A DNA stretch of 64,000 nucleotides from an uncultured Gemmataceae bacterium (lineage in GTDB: Bacteria; Planctomycetota; Planctomycetia; Gemmatales; Gemmataceae): assembly GCA_963750165.1 (NCBI GenBank), contig CAVVPN010000003.1:2528001-2592000 (forward strand), given 5' to 3'. This document shows positions 25,801-37,800 of the stretch, in pieces. Under the pieces are notes generated by a model that saw nothing but the letters and a program-made list of their open reading frames with translations, searched no databases and had not been told where the DNA came from. The translations under genes were made by a program, and so were the position numbers. Position 1 is the first letter of the stretch; the number at the start of each line of letters is the position of its first letter.

Positions 25801-28800
25801 TCATCGGCGGCTCCCTGGCGTTCGGGACTGCGGAAGGCATCATCCTGACCAACGCGGGCGCTGCCACCACCATCAACAGCCCCATCACGGGCAGCGGCGG
25901 CCTGACCGTCGGCAGCCCGAACGCCGGCTCCGGCGTCCTGAACCTGACCAGTCCGAACCCCTATACGGGCGGCACTACCCTGGGCGGCGGCGTGCTGAAC
26001 GTCGGCAGTGGCGCGGCCCTCGGCACCGGGACCGTCACGCTTATCAACGGCACCGTTCAGGCCCTGGCCGGCTCCACGTTCACCAACGCCGTGGCGTTCA
26101 ACAACAGCTCCGTCACCGTCGCCGGCAGCAACAACCTGACCTTCACCGGCCCGGTCACCCTGAGCGACACCGGCACCGCGGCCAACACCGTGACGGTCAC
26201 CAACACCGCCCAGACAGTCTTCGCGGGGACCGTCAGCGGTTCGGGGGCGCTGTTCCTGGCGGGCACGGGCAACGTCTTCCTCAGCGGGGCCAACACTTAC
26301 TCGGGCAACACTTACCTGACCGGCAACCTCATCACGGTCGCCGGCAGCAGCAGCGCTTTCGGCACCGGCACCCTGGCCCTGACGACCGGCACGCTGCTAA
26401 CCGACGGGACCGCGCGCACCCTGGCCAACAACTTCGTGCTCAACGGTCAGGGCTTCATCTTCGGGGCCAGCAGCTACAACGGCGCCGCCGGCGGCAGCGC
26501 CACCAACGCCAACCTGACCCTCAGCGGCGCCGGCATGCTTGATGTCATCCCGTCCACGACCTACATGGCCTCCTCGTCCGTCGTCGTCGTCTACAACACG
26601 ACCACGTTCGCCGGCCCGGTCGGCGGGCCGGGCGGCCTCGTCGTGGCCGGGCCGGGCAACCTGGTGCTGGCCGGGGCCAACACCTACGCCGGCGGCACCG
26701 TGCTCAATTCCGCGGGCACCGGCCTGGTCGCCAGCATGTTCGCCACGTCGGCCATCTCGACGGTGACCGGCATCAACTTCACGGCGCTGACGCCGCAGTT
26801 CACGCGCATCGACTCGACGGTCAACTACCCGAGCGCCAACCCAGGGTTCGCCACGGCCGGCGGCTTCGGCAACCCGCCGGCGAACCCTCCCGGCCTCGCG
26901 GTCACCGCCAACGCCTTGATCGAGACCGGCTATCTGAACATCGTGACGCCGGGCAATTACATCTTCCAGTTCATCGGCGACGACGGCGCCGTCGTGTACC
27001 TGGACGGCATCCTCGTGGATAACGGCGACGGCGCAAACCAGACGGCGACCAGCATCGCCCTTCCGCTGACCGCGGGCCTGCACGCCCTGCAAATCCGCGT
27101 GAACAACAACAGCGCCGCCGCCGCCGCGATCCTGAACTACCAGGGCCCGGACACCAACAACGTCAACGTGCTGGTGCCGTTCGGGGCGCTGGCCAACCCG
27201 GCAGGCACCACCGGCTCGCTGCAACTCGGCACCAACACCGCGCTGGGCACCGGCCCGGTGACGCTGTCCAACGGCGTCCTCCAGGCCAACAGCGCCGTCA
27301 CCCTCACCAACCCGCTGTCCGTGACCGGCGGGCCACTGCCAGTCGCCTTCGCCGGCAGCCCCATCACGGTCGCGGCGCCGGCGGCACTCACCGGCAACGT
27401 CGTGCTGTCGGTCAACAACGCGACCACCTTCGGCGGCGACCTCGCCGGCACGTCCGGAGTGACGCTGACGAACCAGCCCGTGGTCGCCGGCACCACCACC
27501 TACACCGGCGTCGGGAATCTGGTGTTCGCCGCGCCGGTCAGCTACTCCGGCACGACGACGGTCAGCGGTGGCACCCTCACGCTGAGTGGCAACGGCGCCC
27601 TGACACAGACCGCCGCCGCCAACGCCGTCCAGGCGGTCAGCATCATCAAGGCCGCCAGCGGCACGTTCACGCTGACCTTCGGCGGCCAGGTCGCCACCGT
27701 CACCTACACCAACACAGCCCCCGGGACGGCCACGGCCGCGGCCATCCAGGCCGCCCTGGACGGTCTTTCGACGATCGGTGGGGTGGGCGGTTTCGTGAGC
27801 GTGACCGCGGCGGCCAGCAGCACCGCCAACAATCAGCTGTTCCTGGTGACGTTCCAGGGCGCCCTGGCCGGCACGCCCGAGCCCCTCATGACGATCAGCA
27901 CCTCCGGCCTGACGGCGTCCGCGAACACTGTACTCGGCTCCGTCTCGCTGGTGACCCAGGGTAGCGCCGCCGTGACCGTCAATAACGGTGGCACGCTGAC
28001 GCTGGACAACAGCGGCACCAACAGCGCTGACCGCATCAACGACGCCGCCACGGTCGCGCTCAACGGCGGCACCCTGAATTTCCTGGGCAACGCTGCCGCC
28101 CTCTCGACCGAGACGCTCGGCGCACTCACCCTGACCGGCGGCGCTTCGACCATCAACGCCGCCAACGGCTCCGGCCAGACCGCCCAGCTGACCTTCGCCA
28201 GCCTCACGCGCAGCGCCGGCGCCGTGGTCAACTTCAGTAACGTCGTCGGCGCCTCGACCGGGGCCGCCCTGGGCAGCGCCGGCAACCAGATCGTCTTTAA
28301 CCTCACCCCTCCCACGCTGACCGGGACATTCCAGCCCGGCGGCACTGGCCTGCTCCCCTACGCCACGGTCAACGGCTCGGACCCGGCCACCTATGCCGCC
28401 AACGGCGTCGTCAGCTACACCGGCACCGGCGCCCCCTACGACGCCACGGTCAGCGCCGCCGCCTTCGGGGACAACGTCAACCTGGCCGGCAACGACACGG
28501 TCACGGCCAGCACCACCATCAACGCCCTGAAGGTCTCGGGCAACGCGACGCTGACCATCAACTCCGGCCAGACCCTCACCGTCAGCAGCGGCGCGATCCT
28601 CGTCACCGGCAGCGGCAGCCTGACGGTCACGGGCGGCGGCACGCTGGCCTTCGGCGCCACCGACGGTATCCTCCAGAGTGCGGCCGGCACGACGGCGACC
28701 CTGGGGAACGTCGCCCTTGGCGGCAGCGGCGGCCTGACATTCGCCGGGGCTGGCACCGTGTCACTGGGGGCCGTCAACGGCGTCACCGGCACCCTCTGGC

Positions 28801-31800
28801 TGGACGGCGGCACCCTCAACCTCACCGCTAACACCTTCGGCGCCAACGCCCTGACCCTGACCGCCGGCACCCTGACCGCCGCCACGCCAGTGACGTTCAC
28901 CGGCGCCACCACCTTGAACAACAGCAACGTGACCATCAGCGGCAGTAACGCCATCGTCTTCGCCGGGTCGCTCTCCCTGGCCGGCCTCAACGACACACTG
29001 GCGGTCACCAACACTGGCCCGACGGTCATCACCGGCATCATCAGCGACAACGCCACCAACCCGGCGCGTGCCTTCACCAAGACGGGCGCAGGCACCCTGA
29101 CCCTGACCGGGGCCAACACCTACACCGCCCAGACCAACATCCTGGGCGGTGTCGTCAACGTGCAGAACAACTTCGCCCTTGGCGGCAGCAACACTCAGCC
29201 CTCGGTGAACTCGACGGCGAACGCCTCGGTCGCGAACGCCGCCGGCACACTCGTGGCCGGCGGCGGCACGCTCCAGTTGCAGGGCGGCGTCACCGTCGGC
29301 GAGGCGGTCGCCCTCAACGGCGGCACCCTGGAAAGCCTGACCGGCACCAACGTCTACGCCGGCCCCATCAACCTCAACGCGGCCGGCACCGTGCTGGTGG
29401 ACGTGGGCCAGTTGACGGTGGCGGGCCAGATTTCGGGCACGGCCGACCTGAACAAGCTGGGCGGCGGCACGCTGGTCCTGACCGCGGCCAACACCTACAC
29501 CGGCCAGACCAACGTCACCGCCGGCATCCTGACACTGGGCGGCATCGGGGCGAACGCCGGGGCCAACACCTTCGGCGCGGTCACCGGCAGCATCGCCGTC
29601 ACCAGCGGGGCGACTCTACAACTCAACCCGGGCGCCGCCACCACCTACGCTGGCAAACAGCTGCTCCTGAACGGCTCGGGCCTCGGCCTGACCGCCTCGG
29701 GCCTGCTGATGGCCACCGGCGCCCTGCAGAACGCGCCCACCACCAGCGCCGCCAACACCTGGACCGGCAACGTCGTCCTGAGCACCGACAGTGCCATCAG
29801 CGCGGCCCTGAACAGCCTGACGGTGACGGGCGCCATCAGCGGCCCGGGCGCCCTGGTCAAGGTCGGGGCCAGCACCCTGTTCCTCGGCGCGGCCGACACC
29901 TATGCCGGGACCACGACTGTGCTCGTCGGCACTCTGACGGTCAACGGCGTCGGCCAGATCCAGAACACGAGCGGCGTGACTCTGGGCGTCGGCACCACGC
30001 TGACCCTGGACAACACCGGGACCAACCTGTCCAACCGCCTGATGTCCGGGACCAACCCGGCGAACGTCATCGTCAACAACGCCACCATCAACTTCTTGGG
30101 GAACAACACCCCCGGCGTGCTCTCGGCGGACGCCCTGGGCACAGTCACCCTGAACAGCGGCGCGTCCTTCTTCAACCAGACGAGCGGCAGCGGTCTGAGT
30201 GCCGCGGCAACCCTGACCATCGGCACCCTGAACCGCAACACCGGCAGCACCGTGTCCTTCGTGCCGCAGGGCAACGCCGGCACCAACCAGAGCCTGAACA
30301 CTGCCTTCAACAAGATTTTGATTAACACCCTGGGCACGGGGGTGGCGCTGGTCAATGGCATCCTGCCGTGGGCGACGGTCGGCACGCTCGGCAACACGCC
30401 GCAGCAGTACGACTTCGCCACCTTCGTCGCCGCGGGCGCCAGCAACAGTGTCGCCGCGTTCACCAACTACAAGACCTCACTGGCAGCCGCCGGCCCCACC
30501 GACACCGTGCGCCTGACGGCCGGTGAAACGCTGACCACGAACAAGGTCGTCAACGCCATCCTGTTCGCCGGCACCAGTGCCGGGGCCGGCATCACCATCA
30601 CGCAGAACAACTTCACCCTGGGTGTGACCAGCGGCGCCATCCTGGCGATGGGTAACCAGACCCTCACCCTCAGTGGCGGCACGGTGGACTTCGGCACCGC
30701 CGAGGGCATCCTCGACCAGAACAACGCCAACATCGTCGTCAACAGCTCGCTGACCGGGACCGGCGGCCTGACGATCACTGACACCACTGCCGGCACCGTT
30801 ACCCTGAACGCCGCCAACAGCTACACCGGCACCACGACGATCAACGCCAACCCCGTCACCCTGACCCTGACCGCGGGCAACATCAGTGCCTTCGGCAACG
30901 GTCAGGTGACCATGACCAGCGGCGCCCTGACGGACAGCGCCGGCGGCACCTTCGCCCTGGCGAACGCCTTCAACCTTGCCAACAGTGTGGTGACGCTCAG
31001 CAGTTCGGCCAACCTCACGCTGGCCGGGCCGGTCACGCTGACCGGGAACAACCAGGTCACCACTGGCGGTACGGCCAACCTCGTGACCTACCTCGCCGGG
31101 CCCGTCGGCGGGACGGGCTCACTCAACGTGCTGAACCCGGGCGTGGCGTCGTACCTGGCCCTGGAGGGGGCCAACACCTACAGCGGCGGTACCAACATCG
31201 CCAGCGGCACCGGCGTGGTGGTCGTGACCAACAGCAGCCAGCTGAGCGGCAACACGATCACGTCCGGTTCCCTGGGCACGGGAGCCGTCAGTCTGACGAA
31301 CGGCGTGATCCAGTCCGCGACGGCCATCCAGTCTTCCGGCACGCCGTCGCCGGGTGTCGCGGCGGTGACCATCGCCAACCCACTCACGCTCACCAACGCG
31401 GCGGCAACCATCGGCGGCGTCTTCGGCACGACCACGACCTTCAGCGGCACCGTCACCGTCGCCGGCAACACCAACACCCTCACAATCACCCACCCGGGCA
31501 TGCCGGTCGTCTCCGGCGGCGTGGACAGCGGCCTGGTCGTTCCGGGCGTGTCCTTCACCGGCGTCATCGGAGGCACGGGCGCGCTAACCGTCGCCGGCGC
31601 GGGCCTGGTGCAGCTGTCCGGTGCCAATACCCTCACGGGTGGCGTCACCCTGACCGGGGGCAGCACCACCGTCGTCGGCAACAATAGCGCCCTGGGCGCC
31701 GGCCTGGTGACCCTGAATGGTGGCATCCTCCAGGACGACGGGACTGCCGCGCGCACGCTCAACAACACCATCGCCCTGGCCGCCGCCACCAACACGGTCA

Positions 31801-34800
31801 ATGCCACCAACACCGCCTTCAACTTCACACTCGCCGGCAACATTCTCAACGCCTCCGGGGTGGCGGGAACACTGCAAAAGGGGTTGGCCAGCCTCGCCGG
31901 GGCCGTGCCGAGCAACAGCGCCGGCACCGTCGTCCTGAACAACATCGAACTGTACACTGGGGCCACAACCGTCAACCAGGGCACGCTGCTGCTCAACGGC
32001 AGCGGCACGGTCCTGGGCACGTCCGGCGTCACAGTCGCCCCGGGTGCCACCCTGACGCTGGACAACACGGCCGCCAACCTCAGCCGCCTCGGTGCCGCCA
32101 CCAACCTCACCCTCAACGGCGGCACTTTCAACCTCCTGGGGACCGCCAACGCTGCGACCACCCAGGCCCTGGGCGCCGTCACCGTGGGCGCCGGCAGCGC
32201 GACCGTCCAGACAACCGCTGGTAGCGGCGGCACGGTCGCCCTGACGATGGCGAGCTTTAGCCGCAGTGCCGGCGGCAACGTCAACTTCGTCGCCGGCGGT
32301 GGCCAGACCCTCGGCAGCGCCGCCAATCAGGTCGTCATCAACCAGGCGACCACGACCACACTGACCGGCGGCGGCGTCGGTATCCTGAAGGGCGCCACCG
32401 TGACCGACGCCACCACGACCGTCACCGTCGGGGCGGGCACCGCCAACTCCGGCGGCCTCAACCTCGTCACGGCCCCGACCAGCGCCACCGCCACCAGCCT
32501 GGCCGCCCTGACGAGCTACCAGTCGTTCAACCTGGGCGGCAATTCCTCGGGCGACAACGTCTTCGTCAACCAGACGGGAGCGCAGGCGGTGACGGGCGCC
32601 AGCGTGGCCAACGCCTACCTGTTCCGCACCGACGGCCTGAACCTGACCGGGGCGTTCACCCTCACGCCGGCCTCGGGCATGTTCGTGTTCGCCGACACGG
32701 GCAACACCGGCAACACCATCGCCGTCAATCCGAACTTCGGCGCAACCGAAGGCGTCTTCCTCACGGCCAACGTCGCCGGCGCCACCGGCGTCACCACCGT
32801 CAGCGGAGCCATCCCGGCCACGTCCACCGCGGGCCTGACGTTCGGCGGCAGCGGCACCCTCGCCCTGACCGGGGCCGACGCCTACACGGGGACGACCAGC
32901 ATGACCGCGGGCACGCTGATCCTGGGAAGTGCCACGGCGGTTGGCCCCGCCGCCGACACGTTCTCCCTCATCGGCGGCACGCTCCAGTCGCTGGCGAATC
33001 CGACCGTGACGGCCACCATCACCGCGGCCAGCGAGACCGGCAACCTCGTGACGTTCTCGACGACGGCGACCACCCTGGCGGTCAACCAACCGGTCACGAT
33101 CGCGGGCGTGACGACGGCTGGCTATAACGGCAATTTTGTCATCCAGGCTTTCACCTCGGGCACGTCCTTCACCGTGTACAACCCTCTCACCGGCCTGGCC
33201 GCTTACACCGGGAGCGGCAACGTGAGTCTCCCCTTCGCCATCACCAACCCCATCCAGCTGAATTCGGGCACGAGTCCGGTTACGTTCGGCGGCTCCAACG
33301 CACTCACGCTCAGCGGGGCGGTGTCTGGGAGTGGTTCCCTGAACGTGGCCGGTGCTGGTGCTCTCCTGACCTCCACGGTCGCCAACACCTACACCGGGAT
33401 TACCACGGTGAGTGGGGGTCAACTGGTGGAGACGGGTGCGGTCGCCGCCTTCGCGGGCCAACTGGTGGTCAAGAGCGGCGGTATTTTTAACAGTTCCAAC
33501 AACAACGCCGCGGTCCTGGGCTCGGCCGTCAACATCACGATCAACCAGGGCGGCACCTTGCTGATGACCAATTCAAGCACCCTCAGCGGCAACTTGATCC
33601 TCAACGGCGGCACCTTCACCGGACTGTCTACCACCGCAATCACGCTGGGTGCCAACTTCGGCAATGTGATCGTCCTGGCCAACGCCACGACGTCAACCAT
33701 GAATTTTGGCACCACCACCAGCGGCCTGGTCCTGGGTGGCGCGAACGTGATGCGCGATTTCATCGTCGCCGCCGGCGGAACCCTGGATGTTCAAACCCCC
33801 ATCACCAACAGTGCCGCCTCCGCCGGGTTGAACAAGCTCGGCGGCGGCACCCTGCAATTTTCAGGTACGGTCGCCGACACGTTTGCCGGCCTCACCACGG
33901 TGAACGAGGGCACGCTGCTGCTCGCCAAGGGGGCGGCGGTGGCTGCCCTGACCGGGGGCCTGGTGGTCGGTGACTTCAACGGCACCGACACGGTGCGGGT
34001 GACGACCAACTTCGCCCAGATGGGCAGCGCCCCTGTCATTGTCAACGGTTCCGGCACCTTCGACATCAGCGGCTCCACCACAGGCCAGACCGTCGGCAAC
34101 CTGGACGTGCGCGGCGGTGTCGTGAAGACCACCGGCACCAACAACAACACGCTGAGCGTGGGCGCCACCGTCACCGGCCTGACGGCCGGGACGACGGGCA
34201 CGATCAGCGGCAACCTGGCCCTGACGGCGGCCACGGCGATCAACACCGCCGACAGCGGCGCCGTCCCGGCTCTGTCCATCTCGGCGGTGATCTCGGGCGC
34301 CGAAAACCTCACCAAGGGCGGTGCCGGCACGCTGACCCTCAACGGCACCGCGATCAACACCTACACCGGCACCACGACCGTCAACACCGGCACTCTGCTG
34401 CTCGACGACTCGGCCGGCACGGCGGTGCCTGGCACCCTGACCGTCGGCGACTTCCTTGGCGGTTCAGGCGCCGCCAAGGCGGATGTGGTGCGTCTGCTGG
34501 CCCCGACTCAGACGCTCACCTTCGGCGGCGTCACCGGCGGCAACTTCACGCTGACGTTCAACGGCCAGACCACGAACACCATTTCCTGGAGCGCGACCGC
34601 CGCCACCCTGGCGAGCAACATCCAGAGTGCTCTGGCGGCGCTCACCAACGTCGGCGCCGGCAAAGTTACGGTCACCGGCACCGGGCCGTTCACGGTGACC
34701 TTCGCCAACACCGTGGCCAATCCGACGCCGCTGGTGGTGGCTAGCAACGGTCTCACCCCGGCCGGAGCGACGCTCACCGTGGCCTCCGCCGTCAACCAGA

Positions 34801-37800
34801 TCGCCCTCCCCGCGACGGTCACGGTCAACAACTCGGGCCTGCTGGACCTGAACGGCAGCAACAACACCATCGGCAACGGCGCGGTCACGGCCCTGACCCT
34901 GACGGGCGGCAGCGTCACCACCGGGGCCGGCACGCTGACCCTCGGCGGCAACGTGGCCGGCGTGGCCAACGCCACCAACATCACTCCGGCCAGCATCAGC
35001 GGCAACCTGAACCTGGGCGGCGTCACACGGGCGTTCGACGTGCAGCCCGGTGCCCTGGTCAGCCAGAACCCGAACACCACGCTCCTGGACGCGAACGACC
35101 TGGTCGTCAACGCCGCCATCAGCAACGGCGCCCTGACCAAGAACAACACCGGCGCGCTCCAACTCACCGGCACCAACACCTACTCCGGTTCGACCACGGT
35201 CAACGCCGGTATCCTGCTCGTGGACGGCACGCAACCGAGCAGCCCGGTCGCGGTCAACTCCAACGCGACCCTGGGCGGCACCGGCACGGTGGGCATGTTG
35301 ACTGCGCTGGGCGGCACGGTCAACCCCGGCGACCCCGTGTCCAGCACGGGCACGCTCAGCGCGACGACCAGCGGCAACCTCAGCAGCGGCAGCCTGACCG
35401 TTGAGATTGCCGGTTCGACAGGCCACTTCACCAGGGACGTGCTCAACCTGGGCAGCGCCGTACTGACGCTGGGCGGCACCTCGATTCTGGACCTCGACCT
35501 GTCCGGCCTGACCACCACCACCGGCGGCCCGATCACCATCATCCAGGACGGCGGCACCACCGGGACGTTCAGCGCCGTCAACGTGCTGAACAACCCGAAT
35601 GGCTTCACGGCCATCGTGGGCTACACGGCCAACACGGTGACGGTGAACGTGGTCACGACCGCCACGCACCTCGGTGTCAACGTCCCGGCCACGGCCACGG
35701 CGGGCAGCCCCTTCACCTTCACCGTGACGGCGCTGGACCAGTTCAACAACCCGGTCTCGGGTTACCTGGGGACAGTCCATTTCACCAAGAGCGACAGCGG
35801 CACCGGCTCGGCCGTGCCCGCCGACTACACCTTCGTTGCCGGCGACCACGGTTCGCACACCTTCACGAACGGCGCCACCTTCGTGACCGCCGGCAACCAG
35901 ACGCTGACCGCCACGGATACCACGACCAGCAGCATCACCGGCACCAGCAGTGCCGTCAGCGTCAGTGCCGCGGCGGCGACGCACTTCAGCGTCACTGCGC
36001 CTGGCAGCGCCACGGCGGGGACGGCCTTCAGCTTCACGGTGACGGCCCAGGACCAGTACAACAACGCGGCGACCGGCTACGCAGGCACGGTGCATTTCAC
36101 CAGCACCGACAGCGCCGCCACCCTGCCGGCCGACGCCACTCTGACCAACGGCACTGGCACCTTCAGTGCCACCCTGCGCTCCAGCGGCAGCCAGACCCTG
36201 ACTGCCACCGACACGGTCACCAGCACCATCACCGGCACGAGTGGCGCGATCAGCATCCCTCTTACCCCCGCCACACACTTTGTGGTCAGCGCCCCGAGCA
36301 CTGCCACGGCAGGCGGTTCGTTCACCTTCACGGTGACGGCCCTGGACGCCTCCAACAACCCAACCTCCGGCTATACCGGCACGATCCACTTCACCAGCAG
36401 TGACGGCCAGGCCGTGCTGCCCGCCAACGCCATGCTGACGAACGGCGTCGGCACGTTCAGCGCCACGCTGAAGACTTCGGGCAGCCAGACCCTGACCGCC
36501 ACCGACACGGTGACCAGCAGCATCACCGGCACCAGCAGCGCCATCACGGTCAGCGCCGCCGCCGCCACCCACTTCGTGGTCAGCGCCCCGAGCAGCGCCT
36601 CGGCGGGCGGCGCCTTCCTGGTCATGGTGACGGCGCAGGATCAGTTCAACAACGTGGCGACCGGCTACAGCGGCACGGTCCACTTCACCAGCACGGACAC
36701 CAGCGCCATCCTGCCGGCGAACACCACCCTGACCAACGGCACCGGCTTCTTCGTCGTCACGCTGAGGACCACTGGCAGCCAGACGGTCACCGCCACCGAC
36801 ACGGTGACCAGCACCATCACTGGCACCAGCGCCGCCATCAGCGTCAGCGCCGCCGCCGCCACCCACTTCAGCGTCACCGCCGCCGCCACGGCCACCGCCG
36901 GGACGGCCTTCAGTTTCACGGTGACGGCCCTGGACCAGTTCAACAACACGGCCGTTGGCTACACCGGGACGGTGCATTTCACGACGACGGACAGCGGCAG
37001 CGGCGCGGCGGTGCCCGCGGACTACACCTTCGTGACCGGCGACAGCGGCGCCCACACTTTCACGGGCGGCGTCACTCTCGTCACCGCCGGCGCCCAGACG
37101 CTCACCGCCACCGACACGGCCACCGGTTCCATCACTGGCAGCGCCACGATCACCGTTGCCGCCGCGGCCGCCACGCACTTTACGGTCAGCGCCCCCGCCA
37201 GCGCCACCGCCGGGGCACCGTTCCTGGTCAACGTGACGGCGCTGGACGCCTTCAACAACACGGCCACCGGCTACAGCGGCACCGTCCACTTCACCAGCAC
37301 CGACGCGGCGGGGACGCTGCCAGCCAACAGCACCCTGAGCAACGGCAGCGGCGTCTTCATCGTCACACTGAAGACGGCCAGCAGCCAGACGGTCACCGCC
37401 ACGGACACGGTCACCGGCTCCATCACCGGCACCAGCAGCGCGATCGCAGTCAGCGCCGCCGCGGCGACACACTTCACGATCATCGCCCCGAGCAGCGCCA
37501 CGGCCGGCAGCGCCTTCAGCTTCCTGGTCACCGCGCTGGACGCCTTCAACAACACGGCGACGGGCTACACCGGCACCGTCCACTTCACCAGCTCGGACGC
37601 TCAGGCCACGCTCCCGGCCAACGGCACCCTGATTGGCGGCACCGGCTCCTTCAGCGCCACGCTCGCGACCGCCGGCAGTCAGACCCTCACCGCCACCGAC
37701 ACGGTGACCAGCAGCCTCACCGGCACCAGCAACGCCATCACTGTCGTCTCGAACGCCGCCGTGACTCACTTCGCCGTCAGCGCCTCCCAGCGGCGCCACG

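Noticed and set aside
11935..37795. Programmed ribosomal frameshifting or phase variation at the two giant-gene junctions
   Set aside because: No slippery heptamer or simple-sequence tract, opposite shift directions, and the same GCGC context as indels in unrelated genes.
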